From: Tubiluchus corallicola
Lineage: Eukaryota; Animalia; Priapulida
NCBI GenBank assembly: GCA_030141605.1
Contig: JAQGDQ010001163.1
Location: 1 to 58,090 of the forward strand
DNA length: 58,090 nt
Direction of reading: 5' to 3'
In this document: piece after piece, positions 1 to 13,171 of the stretch
Position numbering within the stretch: the stretch's first letter is position 1
Layout of the letters: every line of letters begins with the position of its first letter
Position numbers and translations under genes: made by a program
The notes under the pieces: model-generated
The model's database searches: none
What the model saw: the letters and a program-made list of their open reading frames with translations, nothing else
What the model was told of the DNA's origin: nothing

Positions 1-834
1 GGCCAAAATTAAAGGGTCGTTTCTGGACAGCTTGCAATAAAGTTTTCTCAAATAACAATAAGGACACTCAAGTTGGTATTTTGTGTCAAAGAACAAGGGA
101 CAAGAAATTTTATGCCGGTGATACCACAAAGTGTGGTTTGCTCTATAAAAGCTTTTTAGCCGTGGTCACCTGCACGATACAGTGTTCGATGATGTGTGGA
201 AAGCTCATGTAGATCAATTTGTAAACTCAATTGATTTTTCAACAGCCAACACAGATGGCATCAATTTTGCATTCACTATGTCTGAACTGGTCAAAGCATC
301 TGAATCAGTGTGGCTAAATGGCCTTTTGTACAAATTATACAATTATGGCATTCAGGGACACTTCTTAGGCACAATAAAGCGTTTTTTGTTACATCAAGCA
401 TTTAGCATAAAAATAAATGAGTACCAGTCTTCCAGTTATGTAGTTAAAATAGGACTCAAGCAAGGCTTTGTTTTATCGCCATTGTTGTTGTTGTTGTTGT
501 TTATATCTGAAATGGTGGGTGATGAGTTTAGGACTACAACAGCTGATATTTTTAAATATGCCGATGATGTCATGATGTACACATCAAATGATTCACTTCA
601 TCAATGCCATCAAACGGCTCAGTGCCCTTGCAGTTATTTATACGAGTGGTGTAACTGTAATAATCATACGGTATTTGTCATCAAAATGTACCTAAATTAC
701 TAGCTGGTGTACATGAAATTGAGTATGTTGACCGTAGCACAGTTTTGGGCGTTACAGTTGAACATAAATTAAAATTTGATTGGCATATAACCAATGTTAG
801 AAAATCGGCATGGCAGAAATGGTTGCTAATCCTG
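1..834 (+). mobile_element. Degenerate non-LTR (LINE) reverse transcriptase fragment; mirrored at 9372..10205(-)
   Basis: ORF 182..703 has VWLNGLLYKL..YGIQG, GLKQGFVLSPLL (GVPQGSVLSP-like) and YADD. Downstream LGVTVEHKLKFDWHI is the RT C-terminal motif. Internally deleted. Confidence 0.85.
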
Positions 835-1205
835 TGTAAGTCTACCTGCAGTACTCACTGTTTATGTTTATGTAATACTGGATAGTCCAAGCCAGGCGAC
901 TTTTGGAAATGTTGACTGTTGATATCACAGGCTTGTCCACAGTAAATATCACCTTTGTGTAATTGACCTGAGGACAAAAACAAAAAGCTGTTTGTATCTT
1001 TGTTATAATTATAAGAATTTATTTTATTAGAATATCAGTTATCTTAGTTAATAACAAAGTATTTTTTGTGCATTAAGGAATAAAACAGCAAGAACTAATC
1101 CGGTTTAAATATGCTCTTCTTTTATAATGTCTTAAAGAGAAGAAAATAGACATGACACTTCCTCACACATCCTTCAATTTACAGACACAAAGTGGGGACT
1201 TGACA
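835..1205 (+). mobile_element. Possible solo LTR (mirrored at 9001..9371)
   Basis: TGTAAGTC...GACTTGACA imperfect inverted termini and an internal AATAAA; the LINE fragment stops at its left edge. No target-site duplication found. Confidence 0.35.
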
Positions 1206-1881
1206 ATTGCTTACTATATACACAAAAACAAAGTTTCTACTGACGCCAAATGGTGAGATTTTGATATGTACAGTTGAGTTATTTTGAGTCTTGACTTTGC
1301 GCAGGATATCAACAAGTGTACAGAGATAAGAAAAGATAAACAAATGTTTTGTTACTCAACTTTATTTTAATCAACACAATCTATAAATGTACAGCTGCAA
1401 CTTCAGTACGTAATGACAAGGGCAAATGATCAGACAAGGAGTAATCATATCACATACTAATAGACGAAGCAATATTATACATCACTGTTGAAAGGAACTA
1501 TCCAACTATCCAAATAACAGCCCAACCATTAATTTTCGTTTGTGGTGAGGAGCTGACTGCTGCTGCTGTTACAAAAAAGAACATAATAACAGATGTAACA
1601 AATTTGTTTGTGTAAAGTAAGCAGAGCAGTAAGAAATGTGAATCATTCAGCAACAATTCGTAGTCATAACTGAAAATGTTCTAGCTTTTATGTTTTTACA
1701 GTAATTTCTAGAAAAGGTGATTAGTGATCAATACTAAAAATTCAACAATTTTAATAGTTTCTCGTAGTATTTCGTAAACACAGGTACACATTCAGAATAG
1801 GCCCAAAATTTGAGCACCCGAAAGAGCCTAATTATGACGCCAAAAAAGATAGACGCCAACTTACCAAATGAATGAGTATTT

Positions 1882-1920
1882 CATCATAATGAGGTAGACT
1901 CAGTCGACCTCATTATGATG
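1882..1920. repeat. 39-bp near-perfect palindrome/hairpin (second copy 8286..8324)
   Basis: CATCATAATGAGGT-A-GACT-C-AGTC-G-ACCTCATTATGATG. Confidence 0.95.
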
Positions 1921-3589
1921 GTCATTTTAGTCTATTTCAGTCTACCTATAAAAATGCCATTTTCCAGATAGCTGATAATATGGCTGTGGGCTTTTTAAAT
2001 AAATAAGGACTTTATCTTAGCTATCAGAACAGACAGATTATGATTTTATTGTTGCTTAAAAATAGGTTTTAATTTTCAAGGGTTTTCTTGTGCTTTAAGA
2101 CTAACAGAGAGCCTGAGCACAAACTGACTATATACTTATGATTTCTTAAATCTACCTTTCTCTATCAACCGATTTTGAATCTGCTCTTCCATTTCGAAAG
2201 TATAAAAATTCACTTATGCTTTACGATGGAATTATGATCGTATCTAAGAAAATAAGCTATCCTTATTCGTTGTTATTAAACCATTTGGCAAAAGACGAAC
2301 AAAGAAACGGTTTTGTAATGAACAAGAAATTCGTTCGACCCAGATGAATTTGATTTTTTACAACATATCCTAAGTAATAACCAAGATGATGTTCATAGAT
2401 GAAACATCTATGCAAGTTGGTTATATGAAGGATCATTGTTTTCCACCCACCTCAAAAGTTTCAAAACAGACAGTTCATGATGTCAAATTGCCTTATCACT
2501 TATCAGAATTGCAGCGAATTGAACTTTTTCGAGTTGCTTCTCGAGTTTGAGTAAAGATTTAGATATGGTTGTACTGTAGATCTAAACGAAAATGTAGAAT
2601 TAAAGGTTAAGAAGACATTTAAAGATTATTTTTTAAGATATCCATTATAGCTCTATACAACACTGTATTCTGTAATATAATTACAAGGGTGCTACAATGA
2701 GCTGTTATTATACAGTTCAATTTCTCTAGATAGGATTACTTTACTAACATCGCATTACCTGTTTTACTAACATCATTATCTTTGTAAGCTATATATTTTT
2801 ATACGAAATAAACTCATAATAATAATAATAATTGTATATTGATTGAATCATACTTGCCTAATCGAAAACAATATATTTCCATCCTTGATTTACTTAATAC
2901 TAACTATTGTACAAAAATATTGTGTTTAATTTGTTTATGATTCTCGTTGATAATGGCAGGAGTGTTCGAAATTTGCTCCGAAAGAAAGTTATCCAAAAAG
3001 TTGGTTAACTAATAGAAAGCTAGTATAATGAGAAGAATTAAATGGGATTATATTAGCGAAATTGGTATTAAAGTGAAGCTGGCGAAATTTGACAGGAAGT
3101 TTAAAAGGTTACATGGCTTCATCATTTAAAGCCAGCTACATTTCTTGCTAACTTTTGCTGCAGACGCAAGTAACGAATGCAAAAATTCTTCGTTTAGCTT
3201 TAACACAAGAAATGCATTGAGACCTGTGAAGGAACTCCAAAACTTGATGTACAGTGTACACTTTCGGGTATCATGACTTTTTGGTGTCTAAAATCATGAT
3301 CATCAAACTTGCATTTACAAGATCTCTCTTGTCCCCTCACCTTACAAAATAATTAATTTTACATATAAGCAGGAAAGCAAGCATTATTTTTTTCGTATGC
3401 GAAATCTTTAAATTTAAGAAAAACATGCAGGAAATCTCCCAACTCTGCTCCCCCCCATCATTATTACGCTTCCGTAGTGGAAAACTTTTAGTGTGGGGAA
3501 ACCACATTTACAAGTTAATTTGGGAAAGTGTCAGTCCGTGACGTTTGGAGAAATCCCGGATGGCATTTTCCAGCTTTAGTTTCTGGGAA

Positions 3590-3870
3590 AAACTGTTACG
3601 TAAAAATGCTGACTGTGCAAAATCGCAAAACGATTCCTGGTCTGGCAATTTTGTAGAAACGCTGATGGTGCAGAATGACAAAACGCATCCTGGCCTATCA
3701 ATAGCGTAAAAACGCTGACAGTGCAAATTGATAAAACGCATCCTTGTTTATCAATAGCGTAAAAACGCTGATAGTGCAAATTGATAAAACGCATCCTGGT
3801 TTTTTAGCAATTTTAGGGCAATTTTAGCCGGTTTTATGAGTTAAACGCTGACAGAGTAAAATGAGATGTG
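3590..3870 (+). repeat. ~52-53 bp minisatellite array, copy 1 of a dispersed family
   Basis: Unit ~TAAAAACGCTGACAGTGCAAAATGATAAAACGCATCCTGGTCTATCAATAGCG; the same unit occurs at ~26.8 kb and ~47.4 kb. Confidence 0.9.
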
Positions 3871-4082
3871 CTTCATGTCATGTTCATTAATTCTTGGATC
3901 TGCCAAATATTAAACATGACCATTGTATTGATGATGAAGATGACAATGTTGAACATGATCAAGTTAAGGATTTTCCATGTGCTACAGGGCGACGAAAACG
4001 GGATGGTGATAGTGATGATGGGAATAATAGTGATGAAAACTGAATAAAAGGAATACAAATCAAAAAATAATAAACCTAGCTA

Positions 4083-5057
4083 TCATATGTCTCTGCGCAA
4101 TTTGCTCATAGCATCTTTATGCAGAAATATTACATCATGTCCATATTTCTCATCACCAAGTGGTACGATTGCCACTTCCTCGTAAATTCCTGTTTTTGCC
4201 ATAAAATTCCGAAGGCTGTTCAATTTTTTCAAGGTAAATTCTATGTCTCGGTCAAACTCAGTCGATGATTCGTACTCTATTGTCAATATACCTATGGTAA
4301 GTTCATCAAAAGGTAGAGTTTCTAATATTAAAAGCTCATCACCTTCTATGTCCAAAGAGAAATAATCAATGTGACTCTTCCCAAGTGCTAGCATTATAGA
4401 GTAAAGTGGGAAACATTGAACAGTTTGTATTTCTGCAAAACCTCTAAACCATCTCTTGATTCGTTTGTCTCGATTTGGATCCATCGGGTTTGACAAGCCA
4501 CCGACTAAAGCAGCTGCTGTAAAACTCAGTTTATCTGACCTTTTATTTGGACTTAAACAAGCGTTTATAAAATATGCATTGCGCTTTTTCTTCAAGAATT
4601 TTTTGAATAATTTTGGGTTTGGTTCAATTAGAAGACCAGTCCAGCCCCGATTCCTTTCAAATAAAAGAGAATTAGATTGTCTTCCATCAGCTGCGCCACA
4701 TTCAACAAAAAATCCACCTTTCAGTTTATTTAGCAATTTGTCAACCACAGATGACATGTTGTACATAGACTTGTCTGTCACAACACCAGTTGAAGGTTCT
4801 GCAGGAGGTCCAATTAACCAGTGATTTCTTATGTGATCAACAAGCGATCTCTCATCAAATGTTGTTCCGCCATATTGTAATAATAGGATTTCATCAGAAT
4901 TGTAAGGTGTTAGAGGTTTTACTGGATTCCAGTCAACATTTAGACAGAAAATGGCTGCTCTAATTGCAACTATCGCTGATACGAATTTAATAATACAATA
5001 AAAATTCTGTGTAGTGAATAAAAATTTACGACGTCTTGCACGAAACATGGTAGCCAT
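4083..5057 (-). CDS. FkbM/Methyltransf_21 family SAM-dependent methyltransferase (Star-like, type II membrane protein), 324 aa, single coding exon
   Basis: GGFFVECGAADG SAM-binding motif, SNSLLFER..GWTGLLIEPNP, VQCFPLYSIMLALG..IDYFSLDIEG.EL. Basic N-terminus followed by a hydrophobic segment. Intact ATG..TGA. Confidence 0.92.
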   Translation of the reverse strand: MATMFRARRRKFLFTTQNFYCIIKFVSAIVAIRAAIFCLNVDWNPVKPLTPYNSDEILLLQYGGTTFDERSLVDHIRNHWLIGPPAEPSTGVVTDKSMYNMSSVVDKLLNKLKGGFFVECGAADGRQSNSLLFERNRGWTGLLIEPNPKLFKKFLKKKRNAYFINACLSPNKRSDKLSFTAAALVGGLSNPMDPNRDKRIKRWFRGFAEIQTVQCFPLYSIMLALGKSHIDYFSLDIEGDELLILETLPFDELTIGILTIEYESSTEFDRDIEFTLKKLNSLRNFMAKTGIYEEVAIVPLGDEKYGHDVIFLHKDAMSKLRRDI

Positions 5058-6484
5058 CTATTAATGTTCACTCGACAGTTTGTTTTCCAATCTTGTTAGG
5101 GTAATATACTTTACCCTAATATACTTTTATACACAGTATACTTTTTCGAACTTTGAAAAACTAAACATGTAAATGATAATCTAAAGTTATGTGCAAAAGT
5201 TCGAAGCTGCAGAATTTATTATGTTTTCCGTTATTATTAGAGTCAGTTTCACACACTTATTCGAACCCGGACAAATCACACTCCCTGCTAAACAGTTCTC
5301 AAATTGGGGGTACGCAAAATAATTAAAATGCAACGTAAACATATGGCTAGTTTCCCATACCAAGTAAAAATTAAACGCAAATAGAAGACGCATTAAGACT
5401 ATTATAACGAACAGCAAGCTGCGATGTTGCAAAAATTGACACGCGATATTTGAGGTAGATTTATCAATCATGACTGGTTATTTGGCTCTGTACTAAATCT
5501 GTTTTTCAAGGCACGTCTATTACAGAGAATTCGCAAGAGCTAATCAGCTAAGCAACTCTGTAACCAAGAAATGTTTACTCATAGCTAAGTAAATACCCAA
5601 GTAAAGAGCAACTTTTAAAACTTTTTTGGCAATAATTCTAACGTATTTATTAAACCTTTGTCAAGTTTCAGATCTTGTATTAATAGCCACACAGCAGCAG
5701 GGATGTCAGATGAACAAATTTTTATTTTATTATCTTACTGACGGTGTTTTTGACGTGTCTAGTTAATACTTATTTATTTCTACTTGCATTTATTTTTAGG
5801 AATTTTGTTTTTTAAGGCCGGAAGCTCTCTATCATTATCACTCGATGTTTACAAATATTCATTGGCTGCTAAAGGGCTGATTTCTAGATGAATGACTGGC
5901 GCCTGGCTATTGGGATTTATGCCAGTCACCCTGTAAAATATATTTAGGTAATTTCTGGTGAACTGATCAGTTGCATGTTTTCTCGGATTTTAGCAAATTA
6001 TCTTGGAGTTAATCGGCTTAGACCTGGATAAAGCTTTTTCTGTGAAGAAGAGCTAGTCGTGTTTGTAAATTGAGCTGTCATTTTGAAAATGAGCGTCAGC
6101 ATTCAAACGAGAAGCTTTGATCTGTAAACAAAAAAACTTGGAAATCTTAACCTCCTCTGTCGTTCAAAACCTGCGGCATAAAATGCCAGCTTTGGAGGCT
6201 GGGATAATGAGATGCTTTATCATGACATTGCTGTATCATTGCTATATTACAATCAGTCTTGTATGTCTATAGACAAATCTGCATTGCATTTGACAAAAAA
6301 TTGAAACCCTCCATTTATATGACATTATCGGATTTTGAGCAAAAGAGGCACCAGCGCATTCCACTCAGGAGGCCCTCCCATTAGTAGAGAAAGGGGGAAA
6401 ATGTTTTAAATCAAAATTAAACTATAAAAAATTGTTTAAGGGATAATGAATGATTAGAGGGATAAAAATTATGTTTAACTGTTT

Positions 6485-7035
6485 AAGAGAAGAATGTTTT
6501 TGTATTCATTCTGATTTCTATCCTGAATGTTCACTGTACGCTCATGTAAGAAAGGAATGTTTTTGCATTCTTTCTGATTTCTATCCTGCGTGTTCACTGT
6601 GCAACCATATAAGAGAGGAATGTTTTTGTATTCTTTCTGATTTCTGTCCTGAATGTTCACTGTACGCTCATGTAAGAGAAGAATGTTTTTGTATTCATTC
6701 TGATTTCTATCCTGAATGTTCACTGTACGCTCATGTAAGAAAGGAATGTTTTTGCATTCTTTCTGATTTCTATCCTGCGTGTTCACTGTGCAACCATGTA
6801 AGAAAGGAATGTTTTGGTGTTCCGTCTGATTTCTGTCCTGAATGTTCACTGTACGCTCATGTAAGAAAGGAATGTTTTTGTGTTCCGTCTGATTTCTGTC
6901 CTGAATGTTCACTGTACGCTCATGTAAGAAAGGAATGTTTTTGTATTCTTTCTGATTTCTGCCCTGAGTCTTCACTGTACGCTCATTTAAGAGAGGAATT
7001 GTTTTTCTATTCTTTCTGTCCTAACTTTCATTATA
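6485..7035. repeat. 63-bp tandem repeat, ~8.7 copies, with a higher-order (3-unit) duplication
   Basis: Period 63 (6485, 6548, ...). Translated units such as REECFCIHSDFYPECSLYAHV; units 1-2 recur as units 4-5. Confidence 0.95.
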
Positions 7036-7499
7036 TGTCTCCTAATGAGCAGTTTTCAAATGCGTCACAAACTGTAGAAGATAGTAAAATGAATACTAGA
7101 TTGGTCGATAAAATATCTGAAGCCAGGCCCGAATGAGATAACTCAGTATATGTTTTTTGTGGTTGAATCATTATAGCACATACACGCGGTTTCTTTGTTT
7201 CGGTGTGACACATTTCTTTTAAGTCTAGTTTTTCTTTGTCTCTAAAAATTTACTTAATGGTCCAATAAATATATTTATCTTATTGCAAAAACTCTTGTAA
7301 CAGGAAGGTTAAATGACATTACCTTAATTAAGATACACTGAGGCTTAAAATTACAATTAAATTACATTATATTAAAACTATTTTACATAACATTAATTAA
7401 AGAAATCTAAAATAAATTAAATTTAAAAGACAATAATTTATTAAATAATCTTATTAAAATCTATTGCTATAATATCTCGTGTCACTGTGTATACAGTAG

Positions 7500-7860
7500 C
7501 ACTGAACTTACTAATAATTAAAAACTGCATATGGTTTGAAACTACTTTTAAAACGTTTAGAACGGCAAAGAAGTAAATGGAACACCAGTTGTTTACGAAG
7601 ATTGTATGTATTGGTATTTACATCTATGCAGATGTGAAATAACTTCGCTAAATCATGTGTCATTGACTCAACTAAATGGATATTCTTTGACAACTAATTA
7701 CGTTCAGCCAAGCCATATTGAGCTTTGACAAGTAGGCCCTGCTTTTGGCTGCTGAATAAGGATTGTAAAATGAGCCAACTGTTTTAAAAGTATCTGATTG
7801 TTTTTCAACGTTACTATCCATGTATTGAAGTTGATTTTCCTTGTTTTGCAAAAATCAAAT
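7500..7860 (-). mobile_element. Degenerate LINE 3' end fragment
   Basis: YNLR...CRSKRFKSSFKPYAV resembles the C-terminus of L2/CR1-group ORF2, followed by an AT-rich tail. Confidence 0.45.
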
Positions 7861-7863
7861 ATT

Positions 7864-10205
7864 TGGGTCGAACGAATTTCTTGTTCATTACAAAACCGTT
7901 TCTTTGTTCGTCTTTTGCCAAATGGTTTAATAACAACGAATAAGGATAGCTTATTTTCTTAGATACGATCATAATTCCATCGTAAAGCATAAGTGAATTT
8001 TTATACTTTCGAAATGGAAGAGCAGATTCAAAATCGGTTGATAGAGAAAGGTAGATTTAAGAAATCATAAGTATATAGTCAGTTTGTGCTCAGGCTCTCT
8101 GTTAGTCTTAAAGCACAAGAAAACCCTTGAAAATTAAAACCTATTTTTAAGCAACAATAAAATCATAATCTGTCTGTTCTGATAGCTAAGATAAAGTCCT
8201 TATTTATTTAAAAAGCCCACAGCCATATTATCAGCTATCTGGAAAATGGCATTTTTATAGGTAGACTGAAATAGACTAAAATGACCATCATAATGAGGTA
8301 GACTCAGTCGACCTCATTATGATGAAATACTCATTCATTTGGTAAGTTGGCGTCTATCTTTTTTGGCGTCATAATTAGGCTCTTTCGGGTGCTCAAATTT
8401 TGGGCCTATTCTGAATGTGTACCTGTGTTTACGAAATACTACGAGAAACTATTAAAATTGTTGAATTTTTAGTATTGATCACTAATCACCTTTTCTAGAA
8501 ATTACTGTAAAAACATAAAAGCTAGAACATTTTCAGTTATGACTACGAATTGTTGCTGAATGATTCACATTTCTTACTGCTCTGCTTACTTTACACAAAC
8601 AAATTTGTTACATCTGTTATTATGTTCTTTTTTGTAACAGCAGCAGCAGTCAGCTCCTCACCACAAACGAAAATTAATGGTTGGGCTGTTATTTGGATAG
8701 TTGGATAGTTCCTTTCAACAGTGATGTATAATATTGCTTCGTCTATTAGTATGTGATATGATTACTCCTTGTCTGATCATTTGCCCTTGTCATTACGTAC
8801 TGAAGTTGCAGCTGTACATTTATAGATTGTGTTGATTAAAATAAAGTTGAGTAACAAAACATTTGTTTATCTTTTCTTATCTCTGTACACTTGTTGATAT
8901 CCTGCGCAAAGTCAAGACTCAAAATAACTCAACTGTACATATCAAAATCTCACCATTTGGCGTCAGTAGAAACTTTGTTTTTGTGTATATAGTAAGCAAT
9001 TGTCAAGTCCCCACTTTGTGTCTGTAAATTGAAGGATGTGTGAGGAAGTGTCATGTCTATTTTCTTCTCTTTAAGACATTATAAAAGAAGAGCATATTTA
9101 AACCGGATTAGTTCTTGCTGTTTTATTCCTTAATGCACAAAAAATACTTTGTTATTAACTAAGATAACTGATATTCTAATAAAATAAATTCTTATAATTA
9201 TAACAAAGATACAAACAGCTTTTTGTTTTTGTCCTCAGGTCAATTACACAAAGGTGATATTTACTGTGGACAAGCCTGTGATATCAACAGTCAACATTTC
9301 CAAAAGTCGCCTGGCTTGGACTATCCAGTATTACATAAACATAAACAGTGAGTACTGCAGGTAGACTTACACAGGATTAGCAACCATTTCTGCCATGCCG
9401 ATTTTCTAACATTGGTTATATGCCAATCAAATTTTAATTTATGTTCAACTGTAACGCCCAAAACTGTGCTACGGTCAACATACTCAATTTCATGTACACC
9501 AGCTAGTAATTTAGGTACATTTTGATGACAAATACCGTATGATTATTACAGTTACACCACTCGTATAAATAACTGCAAGGGCACTGAGCCGTTTGATGGC
9601 ATTGATGAAGTGAATCATTTGATGTGTACATCATGACATCATCGGCATATTTAAAAATATCAGCTGTTGTAGTCCTAAACTCATCACCCACCATTTCAGA
9701 TATAAACAACAACAACAACAACAATGGCGATAAAACAAAGCCTTGCTTGAGTCCTATTTTAACTACATAACTGGAAGACTGGTACTCATTTATTTTTATG
9801 CTAAATGCTTGATGTAACAAAAAACGCTTTATTGTGCCTAAGAAGTGTCCCTGAATGCCATAATTGTATAATTTGTACAAAAGGCCATTTAGCCACACTG
9901 ATTCAGATGCTTTGACCAGTTCAGACATAGTGAATGCAAAATTGATGCCATCTGTGTTGGCTGTTGAAAAATCAATTGAGTTTACAAATTGATCTACATG
10001 AGCTTTCCACACATCATCGAACACTGTATCGTGCAGGTGACCACGGCTAAAAAGCTTTTATAGAGCAAACCACACTTTGTGGTATCACCGGCATAAAATT
10101 TCTTGTCCCTTGTTCTTTGACACAAAATACCAACTTGAGTGTCCTTATTGTTATTTGAGAAAACTTTATTGCAAGCTGTCCAGAAACGACCCTTTAATTT
10201 TGGCC
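7864..10205 (-). repeat. Right arm of long inverted repeat
   Basis: Starts TGGGTCGAACGAATTTC (7864) and ends CCCTTTAATTTTGGCC (10205); same length (2342 bp) as the left arm. Spot checks were identical except inside the 39-bp palindrome. Confidence 0.97.
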
Positions 10206-13171
10206 AGAAATAGCCAAATGTTTGACTACTGATTCTAAATTTATAGTTATCGGATATGGCTTTGCATGATAAAGTGTGTAATCTGTAATTCTTATTTTAA
10301 ATTTAATTTCTGTGGTTCCGTCTGCAGCGTTTTGTAGTGATTTTATCTGTGTCATTTTCGTCAAGAATATGAATTATATTGGGAGTGCCATGTAATATAA
10401 CTTCTGTCTTGTATGGCGCCTTTTGTAACCTGCAGTCTTGGGGTAGTTTATATTTCGTCGCATGGTCCAGCGTTTCAACATGAAGTCTGCGAGTATACTT
10501 AGGAGATGAATTTGATTTATCCGTTAAATCTGAGGTGGAAGAACTTCGATTCTGCACTTGGGAAGCTAACTGTTTAGCAATATTAGAAACTTGATACATA
10601 AGCGTTGGATCTTGTTCAAAAGCAAGACTCAGTACATCTTTACGAGATATAATTACATCATCGTTACTGCTATTATTAACGCTTTGAAGTTATACAAAGG
10701 CACATAAACTTGTTTTTTGTGAGTCCTGACAATGCTGGGTACTATGACACAAGCAGTTTCCTTAAAAATAGGTAATACACTTGATTTAACGAGTTGTAAA
10801 GTATGCACACCTATTTTCTTATCCTTATGAATTTTTCCCGTAATATAGGCCATACAAAATGCGCAGGATTTCGGAGGAATAATTAAATTAGCGGCTGCTG
10901 TTACCAAAAAAGGTTTGTCCGCCTCCGGCCCGGGAAGTTAATTTAAGTACTTCTTGATTTATAACTAAAATACCATTGGCGATGTCTAAAGTGGCTTGAG
11001 TATCTTTAAACAAATTATCGCTTAAAATTACAGGTTTTGTAAGTTGATGAACCACATAAAATAAAACATCTAATTTCTGCTTTCCTATTGTGACAAGTAT
11101 AACACATTTACCCAATAGTTTTAAAGTGCTCTTAGAAGCCGTATTAAGTAAAAAATTATCTTCAGGAGCGGCGAGATTATTTTGTATCTCTATAGGGAGT
11201 TTATTAAAAGTTGTGCTATCAAAAATGCTAACCTCTGCACCCGTGTATTGCTGAACAAGGAAAATTATGAACCTTGATATTACAAAAAGGAGCACCGCTC
11301 TCTGTACTAGAAATACACTTTTATCGAGGAGAAGCTTGGTAAGAATTAGAATCGACTTGATTAACTGGAAAATTATTTGCACGTTGAGAATTATTCGGCC
11401 TATAATTCTGCGACCACTCTGCCGACCGATAATTTCCACGAATGATCGCCTTTAATTTGCCGGTCTAGAGTTAATGCAGTTAGAGTCTATTAAAATTGTC
11501 AGGTTGTGTCGCATTATTAATTCTGGGAATCAACGGTCTTGGAATCTGCCGTTTGTTGTATTTGTCCGAGGCGTCCATGTACGAGATTGTGTTGCTCGCG
11601 GTTGAAATCTAGAATCTGGGTTTGATCGATTATTAAATGAAGATGAATTTCCGTTATTAAAGTTACATGGAAAGGAAGATGGATTAGGCCGATTAGACAA
11701 ACAATTACCATTAAAACGAGTCATATTTGTGCCGAATTTTCGTGCATTGTTATTAAAAACAGATGGTACGAGTTGCCGTCCCCGAATTTGCCTTGGTTGT
11801 GAGTTTGACTGGTTCAACGAAGCCACTGTCTTATTCAAAGTCTGAACTGAATTCTGTGCGTTACTTAAAATTTCTCCTTGTTGTAACAGTGAATCTGCAA
11901 ATAGTCCTAATGTATTTGGAGTCATGTCTTATGGGTTTTCTTGTAATTTTTGTGAAATTAACTCAACTATTGGTTCAGAATTATCTGGGAAACAGGATCG
12001 AAGATATTGACACGTTTTAATGGGGGCACCCCTATTAGCTGCTTCAGTTATTGCTAAAGTTAAAGTTATGGGAGGCTCCCAAAGTAAATATTGTGTGGCT
12101 TGATCTCAGCTTATGCCCAATGTAAATAGTTGATCTAAAAATGACTGAAATGCCGGTTGTATAATTTCATCTTCTGATTTAGCAATTCGTTCTAATTTCA
12201 TTATCCTATCCCCGAAAGCTTGAATAGTCCCTGCTTTTTGCTGTCTGGGACGAGTTAATCCAATAAAAGCTTCATTAATCTCTAGTCTATCTGCATAGAG
12301 ATCTCTTAAAGCATTTCTTAATTCTTGCGCTGTTCTACTTTCAAGTTTTGGTATTTACTAAGGAAATGAGCGGCGGCCCCTGTAACAGTTCCCAATAATA
12401 AATGTTTGTAGGCAGTGTCCCGTGAAAATAATAAAGTCGGGGTTAAATTTAAGGATTGTTCTATACTATCAATCCAATCCCGATATTTCAAGTGCCGGGT
12501 TCACCTGAAAATTTTGGTAAATGTTGGATTTGTTGAGTTAGTGTTTGTTGCACCTGTGAGTCTTTTGAAAGTGACCCTAAGTCATGCAAAAATTGTGTTC
12601 GTTAGCTCGTCTTAAATCACCTATTGTCTCTCCCTATTGTAAATTTTGAGAAGCTTGGACCTCCAAAGTTTTGTTATGAGCTTCAGATTGTTGACTCAAT
12701 TCGTTAAATTGACTGGCTAAGGCATTATAGGTAGTGAGAGGAACATGTTCTGTCTGCGGTGATTGTGCCGGGTGTGGCGATTTAGTAGCCATGACAAAAA
12801 GCAGTATTTACAAGCAACGTCTAGTTGTAATTAAATTAGAAAAGTGAAAGAGAAAAATAAGAAATTTACAGAACGCGTAATGGATGGTATTTACGACCCC
12901 CGCCCCCCAAAATGTTTAATATACCATTTTGAGTTTATTTACAACCCACCAAAACAATCATGATTTAAAATATAAGCAACCGTTTTCTAACACTCTCTGA
13001 CACGAACAGGAAGGGGTTTAACAAGTAAAAAATAGGATTGAAGAAAACGTGCATTACTTACATTACGTCGGTACTTCAGTCTTGGAGATCAGTTTAAACA
13101 GCAATAAACAGCTTGGCAATAAGACCAGGTTTTGAAAATCATTTCCGACAAAGAAACTGGTCACGGCACCA
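10206..13171 (-). mobile_element. Degenerate, truncated Ty3/Gypsy retrotransposon (PBS, gag, protease, start of RT)
   Basis: PBS-like TGGTGCCGTGACC at 13171..13159 (tRNA-His type). Broken gag from ATG 12792 with an Asn/Arg-rich tail. Decayed protease motif YTGAEVSI and VILSDNLF. FKIRITD..YHAKPYPI precedes the truncation near 10205. Confidence 0.75.

Larger units (their letters stand above)
1..2342 (+). repeat. Left arm of long inverted repeat (may extend beyond the window start)
   Basis: Reverse complement of 7864..10205 (position p pairs with 10206-p). Identical 173-aa ORFs at 182..703(+) and 9503..10024(-). The match runs to base 1 and ends at ...TTCGACCCA (2342). Confidence 0.97.

Noticed and set aside
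4456-4824. Antisense or overlapping ORFs within real genes (also 15324..15695, 21640..22023, 39492..39836)
   Set aside because: Shadow ORFs of genuine coding sequence on the opposite strand.
1-10205. Maverick/Polinton or other autonomous TIR transposon
   Set aside because: No polymerase, integrase, capsid or transposase between the arms; the arms consist of retroelement fragments.
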